Assembly (NCBI GenBank): GCA_963665275.2
Contig: CAXXIN010000015.1
Location: 1 to 64,000 of the forward strand
Origin: Negativicutes bacterium
Lineage (GTDB): Bacteria; Bacillota; Negativicutes; UBA1444
Direction of reading: 5' to 3'
Length of the DNA stretch: 64,000 nucleotides
Positions 41,002-50,343 of this stretch are shown here, piece by piece. The notes under the pieces are model-generated. The model made no database searches. It was not told the origin of the DNA and saw only the letters and a list, made by a program, of their open reading frames with translations. Positions within the stretch are counted from its first letter, which is position 1, and each line of letters begins with the position of its first letter. A program made the translations under genes and the position numbers.

Positions 41002-41413
41002 CCCGCTTGAGCTCCTCCGTAATCAGGGCAACAATAGAACCAGAATTCATTAATCCTTCCAGCTCTTGCGGTCTAGTCAATTCAATCTCAACAAACCAGC
41101 ATGCATAAGGATTTTGGCTGATCAGGCCAGGAGTGGATATCACAGCTTCGTTGACCTTTGTTATCTTGCCGCTCACCGGTGCATAAACCCGCCCCACCCA
41201 TTTCCCCGCCTCCAGCGATCCGCAACTGTCGCCGGCGCTAATATTCGATTCAATACCCGGCAAGGCCAGATACAGTACATCTCCTGTCACATCCAGCCCA
41301 TACGGGGTCAGACCGAACTGGACTTTTTCACCATCCTTACGGATCCATTGATAGTGGGTATCGTAATACAAATCATCGGGAAAGTTATATTTGTCGATAT
41401 TCATCTGCCACAC
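40994..41413 (-). CDS. GcvH-fold lipoate-binding protein (LbpA-type) 2
   Basis: PDDLYY, lipoyl-Lys motif LEAGKWVG, APVSG..VN. Confidence 0.85.
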   Translation of the reverse strand: MWQMNIDKYNFPDDLYYDTHYQWIRKDGEKVQFGLTPYGLDVTGDVLYLALPGIESNISAGDSCGSLEAGKWVGRVYAPVSGKITKVNEAVISTPGLISQNPYACWFVEIELTRPQELEGLMNSGSIVALITEELKRDA

Positions 41414-41425
41414 CTCACCCTGTTA

Positions 41426-42595
41426 TTACCCTTCCACCGCGCGTAGCAGCAATTCGGCCACATCGATCACTTCCAACGGCAATTTTTCTGTGCGAGCAGC
41501 CTTCTCCAGCATCTGTTCACACTGCTGGCAGGCTGAGACCACGATGCTCGCCCCTGTTGCAGCCGCTTCCCGAATTCGCCTGCGAGCGATCGCTTCCGCG
41601 AGCGCCGCGTCGACGCTCTGCAGATTACCGCCTCCGCCGCAGCAGGTAGATTCCGCACCAGACGTGGCCATTTCCACGAACGTGATTCCTGGAATGCTGC
41701 GAATAACCTCTCGGGGAGACTCGAACACGCCTCCGTTGCGACCCAGATCACAAGGATCGTGATAAGTGACCGTTTCCTCCAATTCATTCGGGACCAGCTT
41801 GCCTTCACGGATCAGTCCGGCCAGATATTCCATGGCATGAACTACCTGAAACCCAAGTTCTTCGCCTAGAATTCCGGGATAGACGTGCGTCCACGTATGA
41901 TAGCAGGATGAGCAGCCTGTCACCAACGTTTTAGCTCCTGTTGCTCGCACAGCTTCCACATTGTGCCTTGCATATTCAATAATTTCTCCCGCATGCCCGG
42001 CGGCTGCCAGAGGAAAACCGCAGCACCATTCCTCAGCACCCAGAGTGGTGTAATTCACACCCGCTTTTTCCAGAAGTTGAACTATGGCCAGCGGGATTTG
42101 TGCTGCGCGTGGAAAGAAGGAAGATACACAGCCAACAAAATATACTACTGCCGCGTCTTCCGCCCGATCCAGATTTTCCGGAACCTCATCGAGATCTTCT
42201 GCCCATTCAAGGCGATCTGCATTGGGGAAAGTCGAGATATTTCGTCTGTTTTTCAAATTTTCCGCGAGAGCGTTGTAGGCGTCAGGGGCTTTGCCGGCCG
42301 CGACCAGTTCGGCCCGCAAATCTTTCCAAAAGGACTGCAAATCGATGCGGGCCGCACAGTTCTTCGTACAAGCGCCGCACATCGTGCACTGGCTGATCCG
42401 CTTGGCGTACTCAGGCCCAATTTCCGTCTTGCATTTCAGGGCAAAGATTTCTCTCGCCAAAGATATTTTGGCTCGCGGCGATGCCGATTCCCAACCGATT
42501 TCTTTAAAAACCGGACACTCAGAACGACAATTGCCACACCGTCCGCAAATCAAGGATTCCTCTGTCAGATTTTTGTAGAAACTATCCGAACTCAT
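41426..42595 (-). CDS. HdrD/GlcF-like protein: 2x[4Fe-4S] plus two CCG domains
   Basis: CGRCGNC...CP, CTMCGAC...C; GC...CCG...CSSC and HDPC...CCGGGG...CQQC; ATGA overlap with the upstream gene. Confidence 0.9.
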   Translation of the reverse strand: MSSDSFYKNLTEESLICGRCGNCRSECPVFKEIGWESASPRAKISLAREIFALKCKTEIGPEYAKRISQCTMCGACTKNCAARIDLQSFWKDLRAELVAAGKAPDAYNALAENLKNRRNISTFPNADRLEWAEDLDEVPENLDRAEDAAVVYFVGCVSSFFPRAAQIPLAIVQLLEKAGVNYTTLGAEEWCCGFPLAAAGHAGEIIEYARHNVEAVRATGAKTLVTGCSSCYHTWTHVYPGILGEELGFQVVHAMEYLAGLIREGKLVPNELEETVTYHDPCDLGRNGGVFESPREVIRSIPGITFVEMATSGAESTCCGGGGNLQSVDAALAEAIARRRIREAAATGASIVVSACQQCEQMLEKAARTEKLPLEVIDVAELLLRAVEG

Positions 42596-44055
42596 TTCTG
42601 CAATCCCCCTGTTCTCCCGCGATATATTGCTCTTGTTGCGGCCAGAACCTCCATCCCCAGGCCGAAAAACACTGGATTCAACAGGAAGGGAGCTTTGTAG
42701 AGTTTGCCGGGATTCATAATATTGCATGGATCCAATCGGGCTTTCCGTTTTCTAAGCTCGTCCAACTCCGCCTGACTATGGAGCCTATTCAGGTATGGTG
42801 TGTTCCAAAGGCCCACGCCATATGGCACACCACCATATTTCTCCCCAATATCCTGCAGTTTCTTCGTAAAAGCCAACCCTTGCAAAAATCCGGCCCTGTC
42901 CCTTTCATCCGTATGATATGCGGTCATCACCATGAGATGATCCGTGGTTTCTACATGAGAGTAGCTTATCAGCCCCAAACGTGTGTCGAGGTCATACCGT
43001 GCCACAGAATCGAGATATGCGGCTAGTCCCTTGATGGGCAACCAGATCTCCGCTCCGATCATCGACGGCCCTTCCCGTTTCAATACGAATGAAAAGAAAC
43101 GATGCTCCCATTCGTGTTGTGCTTCTTCTTCCCCTAAATCCCAGCCTCCAGTCGCTTGCAGACAGTCTCTGAATTCCCTGGCAGCTCTTTCAGTCTCTGC
43201 AACCGTGCCATCCGCATCGAAAGCAATCGTGAAAGACCGGGTGCTTTTTTCGCTCCCCAACCCCGCGCGATAGCGTTCGGCATTACATCCCGGGTCTGAA
43301 AAATGCAGATTGAACGGTTTGTCGGCCAGCTTGACAGCCTTTTCGATAAAAAGCTGTGCGTTAGCAGCATCACTGAACGCCGCCAATCCATGCCATTCAG
43401 ATTCAGGACGGGGACGCACCTGCAATTCAACTTCCGTGATGATACCGAGAGTTCCTTCGGAGGCAGCAATCCATGTCAAGGATGGATCACTGGTCCGGGT
43501 CAGTTCCCTTACCTGACCGTCCGGCAAGACAATTCGGGCCGACAGAATCTGATCAATCAAGGGTCCATATTTGAGACTGCCGATCCCATAGCCCAGCATC
43601 GCCAGCCAGCCGCCGACCGTAGCACTCCGCGCGCTGCTCGGATAGGATCGGATGGCCAGACCATGACGGTTCAGTTCACTTTCCAGCGCCCACCAGGTGA
43701 TTCCTGCCTGTATCCTGACAATGTGTTTCTCCGCATCGATTTGAATAATTTCGTTTAATCCATTCAGATCCAATAATATCCCTTTGTTCATGCAAACTGA
43801 ATTGAAGAAAGCGGTCGACCCGCCAGCACGAGGTGTCAGAGGAATCTGCCCGTCCGCTGCTATTTTTACTATCGATGCTACCTCGTCAGTGGTTTGCGGC
43901 CGAATTACGATGTCAGGCAACGTATTGCCAAAAAACAGAACCAAAAAATCCGGCACCGGTGCAACGTCCCGTTCGTAAAATTCTCGTTCAAAACGGTCCA
44001 CCGTGGCGCGATCGCCAAACATCGTCTGCAAATTATTACATACTTCTGGTTTCAT
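42592..44055 (-). CDS. FAD-linked oxidoreductase (GlcD/FAD_binding_4 family), atypical active site
   Basis: P.T.DEV, PRAGGS, ATVGGW, SEGTLGIITE, DP.NIMNPGK. Confidence 0.85.
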   Translation of the reverse strand: MKPEVCNNLQTMFGDRATVDRFEREFYERDVAPVPDFLVLFFGNTLPDIVIRPQTTDEVASIVKIAADGQIPLTPRAGGSTAFFNSVCMNKGILLDLNGLNEIIQIDAEKHIVRIQAGITWWALESELNRHGLAIRSYPSSARSATVGGWLAMLGYGIGSLKYGPLIDQILSARIVLPDGQVRELTRTSDPSLTWIAASEGTLGIITEVELQVRPRPESEWHGLAAFSDAANAQLFIEKAVKLADKPFNLHFSDPGCNAERYRAGLGSEKSTRSFTIAFDADGTVAETERAAREFRDCLQATGGWDLGEEEAQHEWEHRFFSFVLKREGPSMIGAEIWLPIKGLAAYLDSVARYDLDTRLGLISYSHVETTDHLMVMTAYHTDERDRAGFLQGLAFTKKLQDIGEKYGGVPYGVGLWNTPYLNRLHSQAELDELRKRKARLDPCNIMNPGKLYKAPFLLNPVFFGLGMEVLAATRAIYRGRTGGLQK

Positions 44056-44095
44056 CCTGCATCCCCCTAACAGAAGCTACTTTCATCTGGCAGCA

Positions 44096-44512
44096 TCACG
44101 GTTTTGCATGTTTAGCGGCTTCTTCGGCAATGAATTTCTCCACTTCCGGTCCATGCAGCAATTTGGAGAGACCACCTGCCAGATCGCCAGGCGTCATCAC
44201 ACAAATCCAGCCTGTTCCATAGGAATCGCTGTTCAAAAGTTGCGGAGTGCCGGGCAAAGCCATATTAACTTCCAAGACTTTCCCGGTCATTGGAACCTGG
44301 ATTTTGCCCGCCCATTTTCCCGACTGAATGGAACTCAAGGTTGCACCCTCCACCAGCTCCTTCCCTGCGCGGGGAATGCGGATGAACGTGATTTCACCGG
44401 CCAACTGCTGCATGAAATCGGTTACGCCGATACGGATATTGGCTCCCTCCACCTTCACCCATGCGTGATCTCGGGTATAGTATAAGTCTTGTGGAATGTT
44501 GTACTGAGCCAT
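44096..44512 (-). CDS. GcvH-fold lipoate-binding protein (LbpA-type) 1
   Basis: DLYYTRDHAWV, IGVTDF.Q.LAG, lipoyl-Lys motif IQSGKWAG, DSYG.GWI. Confidence 0.87.
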   Translation of the reverse strand: MAQYNIPQDLYYTRDHAWVKVEGANIRIGVTDFMQQLAGEITFIRIPRAGKELVEGATLSSIQSGKWAGKIQVPMTGKVLEVNMALPGTPQLLNSDSYGTGWICVMTPGDLAGGLSKLLHGPEVEKFIAEEAAKHAKP

Positions 44513-44530
44513 AGCTGTTTCCTCCTACGT

Positions 44531-45433
44531 TTATGGATTCTGTGCATCAGAGAGTTCTGCAAGCTCCAGGTCATGGATAACATCGTTCCGTAACAACTGT
44601 ATTGTGTATCCGGGTGCTTCAGCGTTTGGTCCATGAATTGGCCGAAAACGCAGATAAGTTTGTTCATTTATTTTGATTTGGCGCATCGGACTGCGCTTAC
44701 CGGGTAACTCCAGAAATTCTCTATCGGTAAGCGTTCCGGCCACTGCTTTTGTTTTCCTTTTCATTTCCTCCGTATAGCAGGCCGGCTCCATTTCACCGAG
44801 CCAGGTCGCAAAATGGCTGATCAGCTGCTTTTCAACGGACCCCGGCTCCAGGGGAGCGCTCATCTCTTCGTCCATAGTCGTCAAAAAGCGTTCCAACGAA
44901 AGCTTCATCAACTCCCTGAATCGGGCATCCGGTAAATTTAAAACGCCAGCCATAGTCCGCCGGTCAAAAGAAAGCAGGATATTGCCTGTATACACCGCCA
45001 TCCCATTTATATCGCCGGCGCCATTACCGGAAATTTTCCGACCGTTCACCACTATGTCAGCGGGAGGACTTATTGCCGCCTCAATTTGAAAATCAGCCAA
45101 TGTTGCGACGGCTGGCTGCAGAAATCGGGCAAAAAATCGGTTTCGATTACCGTTCAGCAGCGGATTATCCCTTGACAGCACTAACTGAAAAAAAATCTGA
45201 CCCGAGTCCAGGAGTACCACACCGCCGCCGATCTCCCGTCTGATGATTGGTATGTCGTTTTCTCTGCAATAATTCTCATCCACTTCTTGCTCCAGATCAT
45301 CATGCAGACCCAGGCAGACGCAACGGGAAGAAGGGCGGCAAACGACCAGCCCTTCCTGCCCGATTTGCGCTAGTGTGTGATAAATTGCCTGAGTTTCGTC
45401 CCAAGGGAGATCCCCTGGATGATATAACTTCAT
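44531..45433 (-). CDS. Lipoate/octanoate-protein ligase catalytic domain (LplA/LipM-like)
   Basis: RREIGGGVVLLD..QIFFQ, KISGNGAG; no complete accessory domain. Confidence 0.85.
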   Translation of the reverse strand: MKLYHPGDLPWDETQAIYHTLAQIGQEGLVVCRPSSRCVCLGLHDDLEQEVDENYCRENDIPIIRREIGGGVVLLDSGQIFFQLVLSRDNPLLNGNRNRFFARFLQPAVATLADFQIEAAISPPADIVVNGRKISGNGAGDINGMAVYTGNILLSFDRRTMAGVLNLPDARFRELMKLSLERFLTTMDEEMSAPLEPGSVEKQLISHFATWLGEMEPACYTEEMKRKTKAVAGTLTDREFLELPGKRSPMRQIKINEQTYLRFRPIHGPNAEAPGYTIQLLRNDVIHDLELAELSDAQNP

Positions 45434-45436
45434 ATT

Positions 45437-45736
45437 CTAAAACAGCTCATCTCCGCTCTTGTTTCCCAGGCCAGGATGACCGTCAAACCGAACGACCCCG
45501 ACGGCCACCGCTTCTCCGGCAGCCTTTTTCACCCTCGCCGTGCCGTCGATGCCGAAGCCTCCGCACAGCTCAATTGCCGCGATTCCCTGTCCGACTAGTT
45601 CCCTGGTGATTTTTTCCGCCGAACTGTAGTCCTTGACCCCAACTACAGTCAGTGATACCGCCGGTGTATCCACCACGGCGCGGTGCTTCTGACTATCGGC
45701 CTCCGGTGCGATGAATATAAATGCCGCTTTCAACAT
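45437..45736 (-). CDS. Small conserved hypothetical protein (DUF6506-like)
   Basis: AAFIF..P, IELCGGFG motif. Confidence 0.65.
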   Translation of the reverse strand: MLKAAFIFIAPEADSQKHRAVVDTPAVSLTVVGVKDYSSAEKITRELVGQGIAAIELCGGFGIDGTARVKKAAGEAVAVGVVRFDGHPGLGNKSGDELF

Positions 45737-45777
45737 ATCTGTTTCCTCCTTTGGTATATCAAATTATTCATATACTC

Positions 45778-46680
45778 TTATATAATCCTGGTCGTCATCG
45801 CCTCTGCGAAGCAGCCGGCGGCATGAAAAGAACTTCTCACCAAGGGACCCGCAGTAGCCTGGCAGAACCCCATTTGATAGGCTTTTTCCTCCAGCATCCG
45901 GAAAGTATCGGGATGAATATATTCCACAATCGGCAAGTGATTTGGCGAAGGACGGAGATATTGACCCAGTGTCAACATTTGGCAGCCAACATCGCGAAGA
46001 TCCTTCAAAACGGCTATCACTTCGTCCGTATTCTCTCCCAATCCCATCATCAGCCCTGATTTGCTGACAATCCCTGTACCTGATTTCCACACACGGTCAA
46101 GCAACTGCAATGTCCGCTGATATTTTGCCTGCGGTCGGACCAGAGGATATAATCTCGGCACTGTTTCAGTATTATGGTTGATGACATCAGGTCTGGCATC
46201 CAATACCTTTTCCAGTGCCGCCATATCCCCCTGGAAATCCGGAATCAAGACCTCGACGGTTGCCAGCGGTAATGCTTCTCTGATTGCGCGGATCGTTGCG
46301 GCAAAATGCGCCGCGCCACCATCGCAGAGATCATCTCTTGTCACGGAAGTAACCACAACATGCTTGAGTCCCAGATGTCCGGCCGTGGAAGCAACCGCGA
46401 ACGGTTCCCCCGCATCGACCTGCATTGGTTGACCGTGCTGCACCGCGCAAAAACGACAATTCCGCGTACAGGTATCGCCCAGAATCATGAAAGTGCAGGT
46501 CTTTTCTGCGAAACACTGCCCGACGTTGGGACAATCGGCACTTTCACAGACCGTGTGCAAGCGGCCTTTTTCCAGTAGTGTTTTCATTTTTTCCAGGAGC
46601 TTTTCATCCGGCGCCGGACGGGTTAGCCATGCCGGTCTCTCATCCACCAATCCATCTTGCATGGTTTTATTCAAATGCAT
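45778..46680 (-). CDS. lipA: Lipoyl synthase
   Basis: [43 protein letters not shown]. Confidence 0.96.
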   Translation of the reverse strand: MHLNKTMQDGLVDERPAWLTRPAPDEKLLEKMKTLLEKGRLHTVCESADCPNVGQCFAEKTCTFMILGDTCTRNCRFCAVQHGQPMQVDAGEPFAVASTAGHLGLKHVVVTSVTRDDLCDGGAAHFAATIRAIREALPLATVEVLIPDFQGDMAALEKVLDARPDVINHNTETVPRLYPLVRPQAKYQRTLQLLDRVWKSGTGIVSKSGLMMGLGENTDEVIAVLKDLRDVGCQMLTLGQYLRPSPNHLPIVEYIHPDTFRMLEEKAYQMGFCQATAGPLVRSSFHAAGCFAEAMTTRII

Positions 46681-47008
46681 CCAGAGCCTTCATTACGCTT
46701 GTCGCCATATAGGCCATGGCTGGCGAACCGCCAAATGCGACGGCAACCGACGCGGCTTCCAGGATCTCTTCCCGGCTGGCGCCTTCAGCCAGGGCATTTT
46801 TAATGTGAAGGTTGATACAGTATTCGCACCTTACTGTTAGAGCAATACCGAGGCCAATCAGTTCCTTGTATTTGCGTTCGAGTTCTCCTTCCACATAGGC
46901 TGCCTGGTCTGTTTGCACAAAGGCCGCCATCAACTCCGGGCATTCCTCCTGCAGTTTTCCCATGCCTTCCTGCAGTTCATCCATCAATTCCAAGCTATCT
47001 GCTGCCAT
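46667..47008 (-). CDS. CMD/AhpD-like protein with CxxC
   Basis: KELIGLG...RCEYCINLH...[10 protein letters not shown]. Confidence 0.87.
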   Translation of the reverse strand: MAADSLELMDELQEGMGKLQEECPELMAAFVQTDQAAYVEGELERKYKELIGLGIALTVRCEYCINLHIKNALAEGASREEILEAASVAVAFGGSPAMAYMATSVMKALDAFE

Positions 47009-47065
47009 TCTAATTCCCTACCTTTATTATGTACTTTGTCTATTTTTCGACTGCCTCATAGTTCC

Positions 47066-48277
47066 TTAAATAAATATCTTATGCGGCTGTTCGATCAGTT
47101 TAATCAAAATCGCCAGGAATTCGGCCGCCGGGGCGCCGTCGATGATCCTGTGGTCAAAGGCAAAAGACAGTCCCATCATCGGCCGGATAACAATGGCATC
47201 CCCGACGACCGCAGGAATTCTCACGGTTCGTCCTACACCCAGGATGGCTGATTCCGGCTGGTTTATAATCGGCGTAAAATAATCGACCGAGCCATAACCG
47301 CCCAGATTGGTGATAGTAAAGGTGCCCCCTGTCATTTCCGAAGCGTCGATCTTGTTTTTGCGGGCACGTTTGGCAAAATCACGAACCTCACCGGAAACTT
47401 CATCCAGGCTTTTCTGGTCGGCATTGTGGACCACCGGTACTACAAGCCCGTTCGGAATGGCGACCGCCACGCCTATATTGATATCTTTCAGTACTTTTAT
47501 TTCGTCACCGCTCAGAGTTACATTCACTTTGGGATATTTGACCAGAGCCTTAGCGACCGCTTTAATCAGCAGATCCGTGACCGAAACTTTTTGAGTCTCC
47601 TTCAGATCCGCATTGATCGTCGTCCTTAGCGCCAAAAGACCCGTCATATCCACACTGACAAAATGAGTGACCTTTGCCGCCAAAGCCCAACTTTGGGCCA
47701 TGTTTTCGCCGATAACCTGCCGCATTCCTTCATACGGAATCGTCTCCCAAACCGGGCGTGAATCCGCCGGCGCCGGAGGATTGGCTATAAAAGCTTCCAC
47801 ATCTTCCCTGGTGATGCGTCCCTCGGGGCCGGTACCGGTGATCAACGCAAAATCCGCCACGTTGTTTTCCTGCGCCAATTTGCGGGCCGCCGGCGAAATT
47901 TTGACACCATCCCTGCCTGCCGTCCTGTCTGCCGTCCTGTCTGCTTGAATAGAAGTCGCCGTTACCGCCGCCGGACCGGCTGCATTTACTGGAGCTGCCG
48001 CCGCGCCCGCTTCGGCCAGCACCGCACTGATGTCTTCGCCTGCCGCACCTATGACGCCGAGCAACGCCCCTATCGGCAGCTTCGCTTTCTTTTCGGCAAC
48101 AATTTTCAGCAGCACTCCATCTGCCGGAGCCTCAAGCACATTCGCAATTTTATCAGTCATGATCTCCAGAAGCGCCTCGCCTTTTTTGACCGCGTCTCCC
48201 TCATTTTTTCGCCATTTACCGACAATGCCGACTTTCATGGAAAGTCCCATCTTGGGCATTTTTACTTGGGTTGCCAT
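47066..48277 (-). CDS. acoC: Dihydrolipoamide acetyltransferase E2 of acetoin dehydrogenase
   Basis: Lipoyl domain EIMTDK, PSBD ISPAARKLA..GTGPEGRIT, DHRIIDG. Confidence 0.92.
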   Translation of the reverse strand: MATQVKMPKMGLSMKVGIVGKWRKNEGDAVKKGEALLEIMTDKIANVLEAPADGVLLKIVAEKKAKLPIGALLGVIGAAGEDISAVLAEAGAAAAPVNAAGPAAVTATSIQADRTADRTAGRDGVKISPAARKLAQENNVADFALITGTGPEGRITREDVEAFIANPPAPADSRPVWETIPYEGMRQVIGENMAQSWALAAKVTHFVSVDMTGLLALRTTINADLKETQKVSVTDLLIKAVAKALVKYPKVNVTLSGDEIKVLKDINIGVAVAIPNGLVVPVVHNADQKSLDEVSGEVRDFAKRARKNKIDASEMTGGTFTITNLGGYGSVDYFTPIINQPESAILGVGRTVRIPAVVGDAIVIRPMMGLSFAFDHRIIDGAPAAEFLAILIKLIEQPHKIFI

Positions 48278-48292
48278 TCCTGCTCCTCCTTG

Positions 48293-49303
48293 CTAGCCTG
48301 CAACATTACGCATATTACAGCTATATCCTTTTGCGACCGCAGCGCGCAACGTTTCTTCCACGTCCACTACTTTCGGTCCATCAAATGTAAGTTGGATCTG
48401 CGCCCTGTCATTTTCTCCGATTTCCACTTCACGCTCGCCGTCCAGAGCGATCACACAAGGCGCCACGTTCACTTCGACCACCCCACCTATCGGAAGGGGT
48501 TTATAATTCCTGATTTGTACCATTTCAATCAGCCCCGGCGCGATCGGTACCCGTACCTGAATATCGCCTTCGCCGATGTCGAGAACCATCCCGTGAAAAT
48601 CACGGGCCGTTATTGGCGCCAAATTGCCAACAATGGCCGAAATCCCTATATTATGTGCTTCTCCCCGAGTCACAGCGATCTGTTTGATCCGTTTCACATC
48701 CCAAATTGCTCGCGAGCCAATGAAATTATCCTTCAAAACAACCGCATCCACCAAGGCAATATCCACGGGGATTCCATTCTTATAGATCACTAGTTTTTTG
48801 CTGGGGTTAACCATAGGTGGACCGGCTACGATACCCTTTGCGATGACGCCGGCGGCCAGGCCGGCTATGGACCCCTCAATCATGCCGGGAAATACATTGT
48901 TGGTCCCGGTGGAAATGGGAAGAATCGGCACATTGCCGCAACCTTTGGCCACCAGGCGATTGGTTCCGTCACCTCCCAGCGTGACAATGCAGTCCACTCC
49001 CGACGCAGCCATAGCTTCGGCGGCGTTGAAGGAGTCGATCTGTGTTGCGCTCAGGCAGATGTCAGTCGGAATATATTCCATATCCGGACGGTGCCTGCTG
49101 TCGATCTGTTCAGCTGCAGCCAGGACAATTCCATAGTAATCAGGCATATAGACAAGCTCCTTGATCCCAACGGATGCCAGGCTCAAGATCAGGCGGCGAA
49201 CAATATTCGCTTTTTCCTGATTGTCAAAGATCGTTCCATATGCCACCAGTCGCCGGATATCCTTGCCTGATGCCGGGTTGGCGATGATACCAACTATTCC
49301 CAT
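48293..49303 (-). CDS. acoX: AcoX (ATP-NAD kinase-like)
   Basis: IIANPASGKDIRRLVA, LGGDGT, STGTNNVFP. Confidence 0.9.
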   Translation of the reverse strand: MGIVGIIANPASGKDIRRLVAYGTIFDNQEKANIVRRLILSLASVGIKELVYMPDYYGIVLAAAEQIDSRHRPDMEYIPTDICLSATQIDSFNAAEAMAASGVDCIVTLGGDGTNRLVAKGCGNVPILPISTGTNNVFPGMIEGSIAGLAAGVIAKGIVAGPPMVNPSKKLVIYKNGIPVDIALVDAVVLKDNFIGSRAIWDVKRIKQIAVTRGEAHNIGISAIVGNLAPITARDFHGMVLDIGEGDIQVRVPIAPGLIEMVQIRNYKPLPIGGVVEVNVAPCVIALDGEREVEIGENDRAQIQLTFDGPKVVDVEETLRAAVAKGYSCNMRNVAG

Positions 49304-49329
49304 TCACTTTCACCCCTCATAGATTCGGA

Positions 49330-50298
49330 TTAAAATAAGCTTTTGACTGCCGCAATAATCTGTTCTTCGCTCGGGATGACCGCTTTTTCCAGAATAGGCG
49401 CGAACGGAATCGGCGTATACGGCATCGCTACGCGCTTGATCGGTGCATCCAGAAGATCGAAGCCTTCTTCAGAAACCATCGCCGCAATTTCTCCGCCATA
49501 TCCGCCAATTTTCACTGCTTCATGAACGATCACCAGCCGACCGGTTTTCCCCACAGAGGTCAGAATCGCCTCTTTATCAAGGGGAACCAGTGTGCGAGGA
49601 TCGAGTACTTCTACAGAAATTCCTTCTTTTTCCAAGACCTCAGCGGCTGCCAGCGCCTTGTGCACCATCCAGGACCAGGCAACGATGGTAACGTCTTTGC
49701 CGGCCTTTTTGATGTCGGCTTTGCCCAGCGGAACTAAATATTCGCCCTCTGGAACCTCGCCCTCAAGGCCCAGCAACTGTTTATGCTCCAGATACACGAC
49801 CGGATTGTCATCGGCGATGGCAGCCATCATCAAGCCTTTAGCATCCGCCGCGGTTGAGGGCATAACGGTTTTAACCCCTGGGATATGGGTAAACCAAGCT
49901 TCCATGCACTGCGAATGTTGTGCGGCTGCGGACGAGCCGGCGCCGCAGGCAGCGCGGATAACCATGGGAACTTTGGCCTTGCCGCCGAACATATACCGCA
50001 TCTTTGCAGCTTGGTTGAAGAGTTCATCCATACAGACTCCCATGAAATCGACGAACATGATTTCTGCGATCGGCCGCAAACCGGTGGCAGCAGCCCCCAC
50101 CGCGGCGCCAACAATCGCCGTCTCGGTAATCGGCGTGTCAATTACCCGCCCGGGAAATTCTTTATAGAGTTCGCCGGTCACGCCGAAGCAGCCGCCAAAC
50201 TTACCAACATCTTCGCCCCAAATAAATACGTTAGGGTCTTTTTTCATGGCCACACGCATTCCGTCACGAATGCCTTCAAGATATGTCATTTTCGTCAT
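49330..50298 (-). CDS. acoB: TPP-dependent acetoin dehydrogenase E1 beta
   Basis: GEDV, DTPITE, NQAAKMRYMFGG, AAQHSQ. Confidence 0.9.
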   Translation of the reverse strand: MTKMTYLEGIRDGMRVAMKKDPNVFIWGEDVGKFGGCFGVTGELYKEFPGRVIDTPITETAIVGAAVGAAATGLRPIAEIMFVDFMGVCMDELFNQAAKMRYMFGGKAKVPMVIRAACGAGSSAAAQHSQCMEAWFTHIPGVKTVMPSTAADAKGLMMAAIADDNPVVYLEHKQLLGLEGEVPEGEYLVPLGKADIKKAGKDVTIVAWSWMVHKALAAAEVLEKEGISVEVLDPRTLVPLDKEAILTSVGKTGRLVIVHEAVKIGGYGGEIAAMVSEEGFDLLDAPIKRVAMPYTPIPFAPILEKAVIPSEEQIIAAVKSLF

Positions 50299-50343
50299 TA
50301 TTATCCATCCTTTCCCGATTTGGATTCCTCATTACCAAAAAGA

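Noticed and set aside
40994-44512. Glycine cleavage system or sHdr sulfur-oxidation complex
   Set aside because: No gcvP/gcvT and no sHdrA/B/C or sulfurtransferase set in the window.
47917-47944. 12-bp tandem repeat in acoC
   Set aside because: In-frame duplication (ADRTADRT) in the flexible E2 linker; unremarkable.
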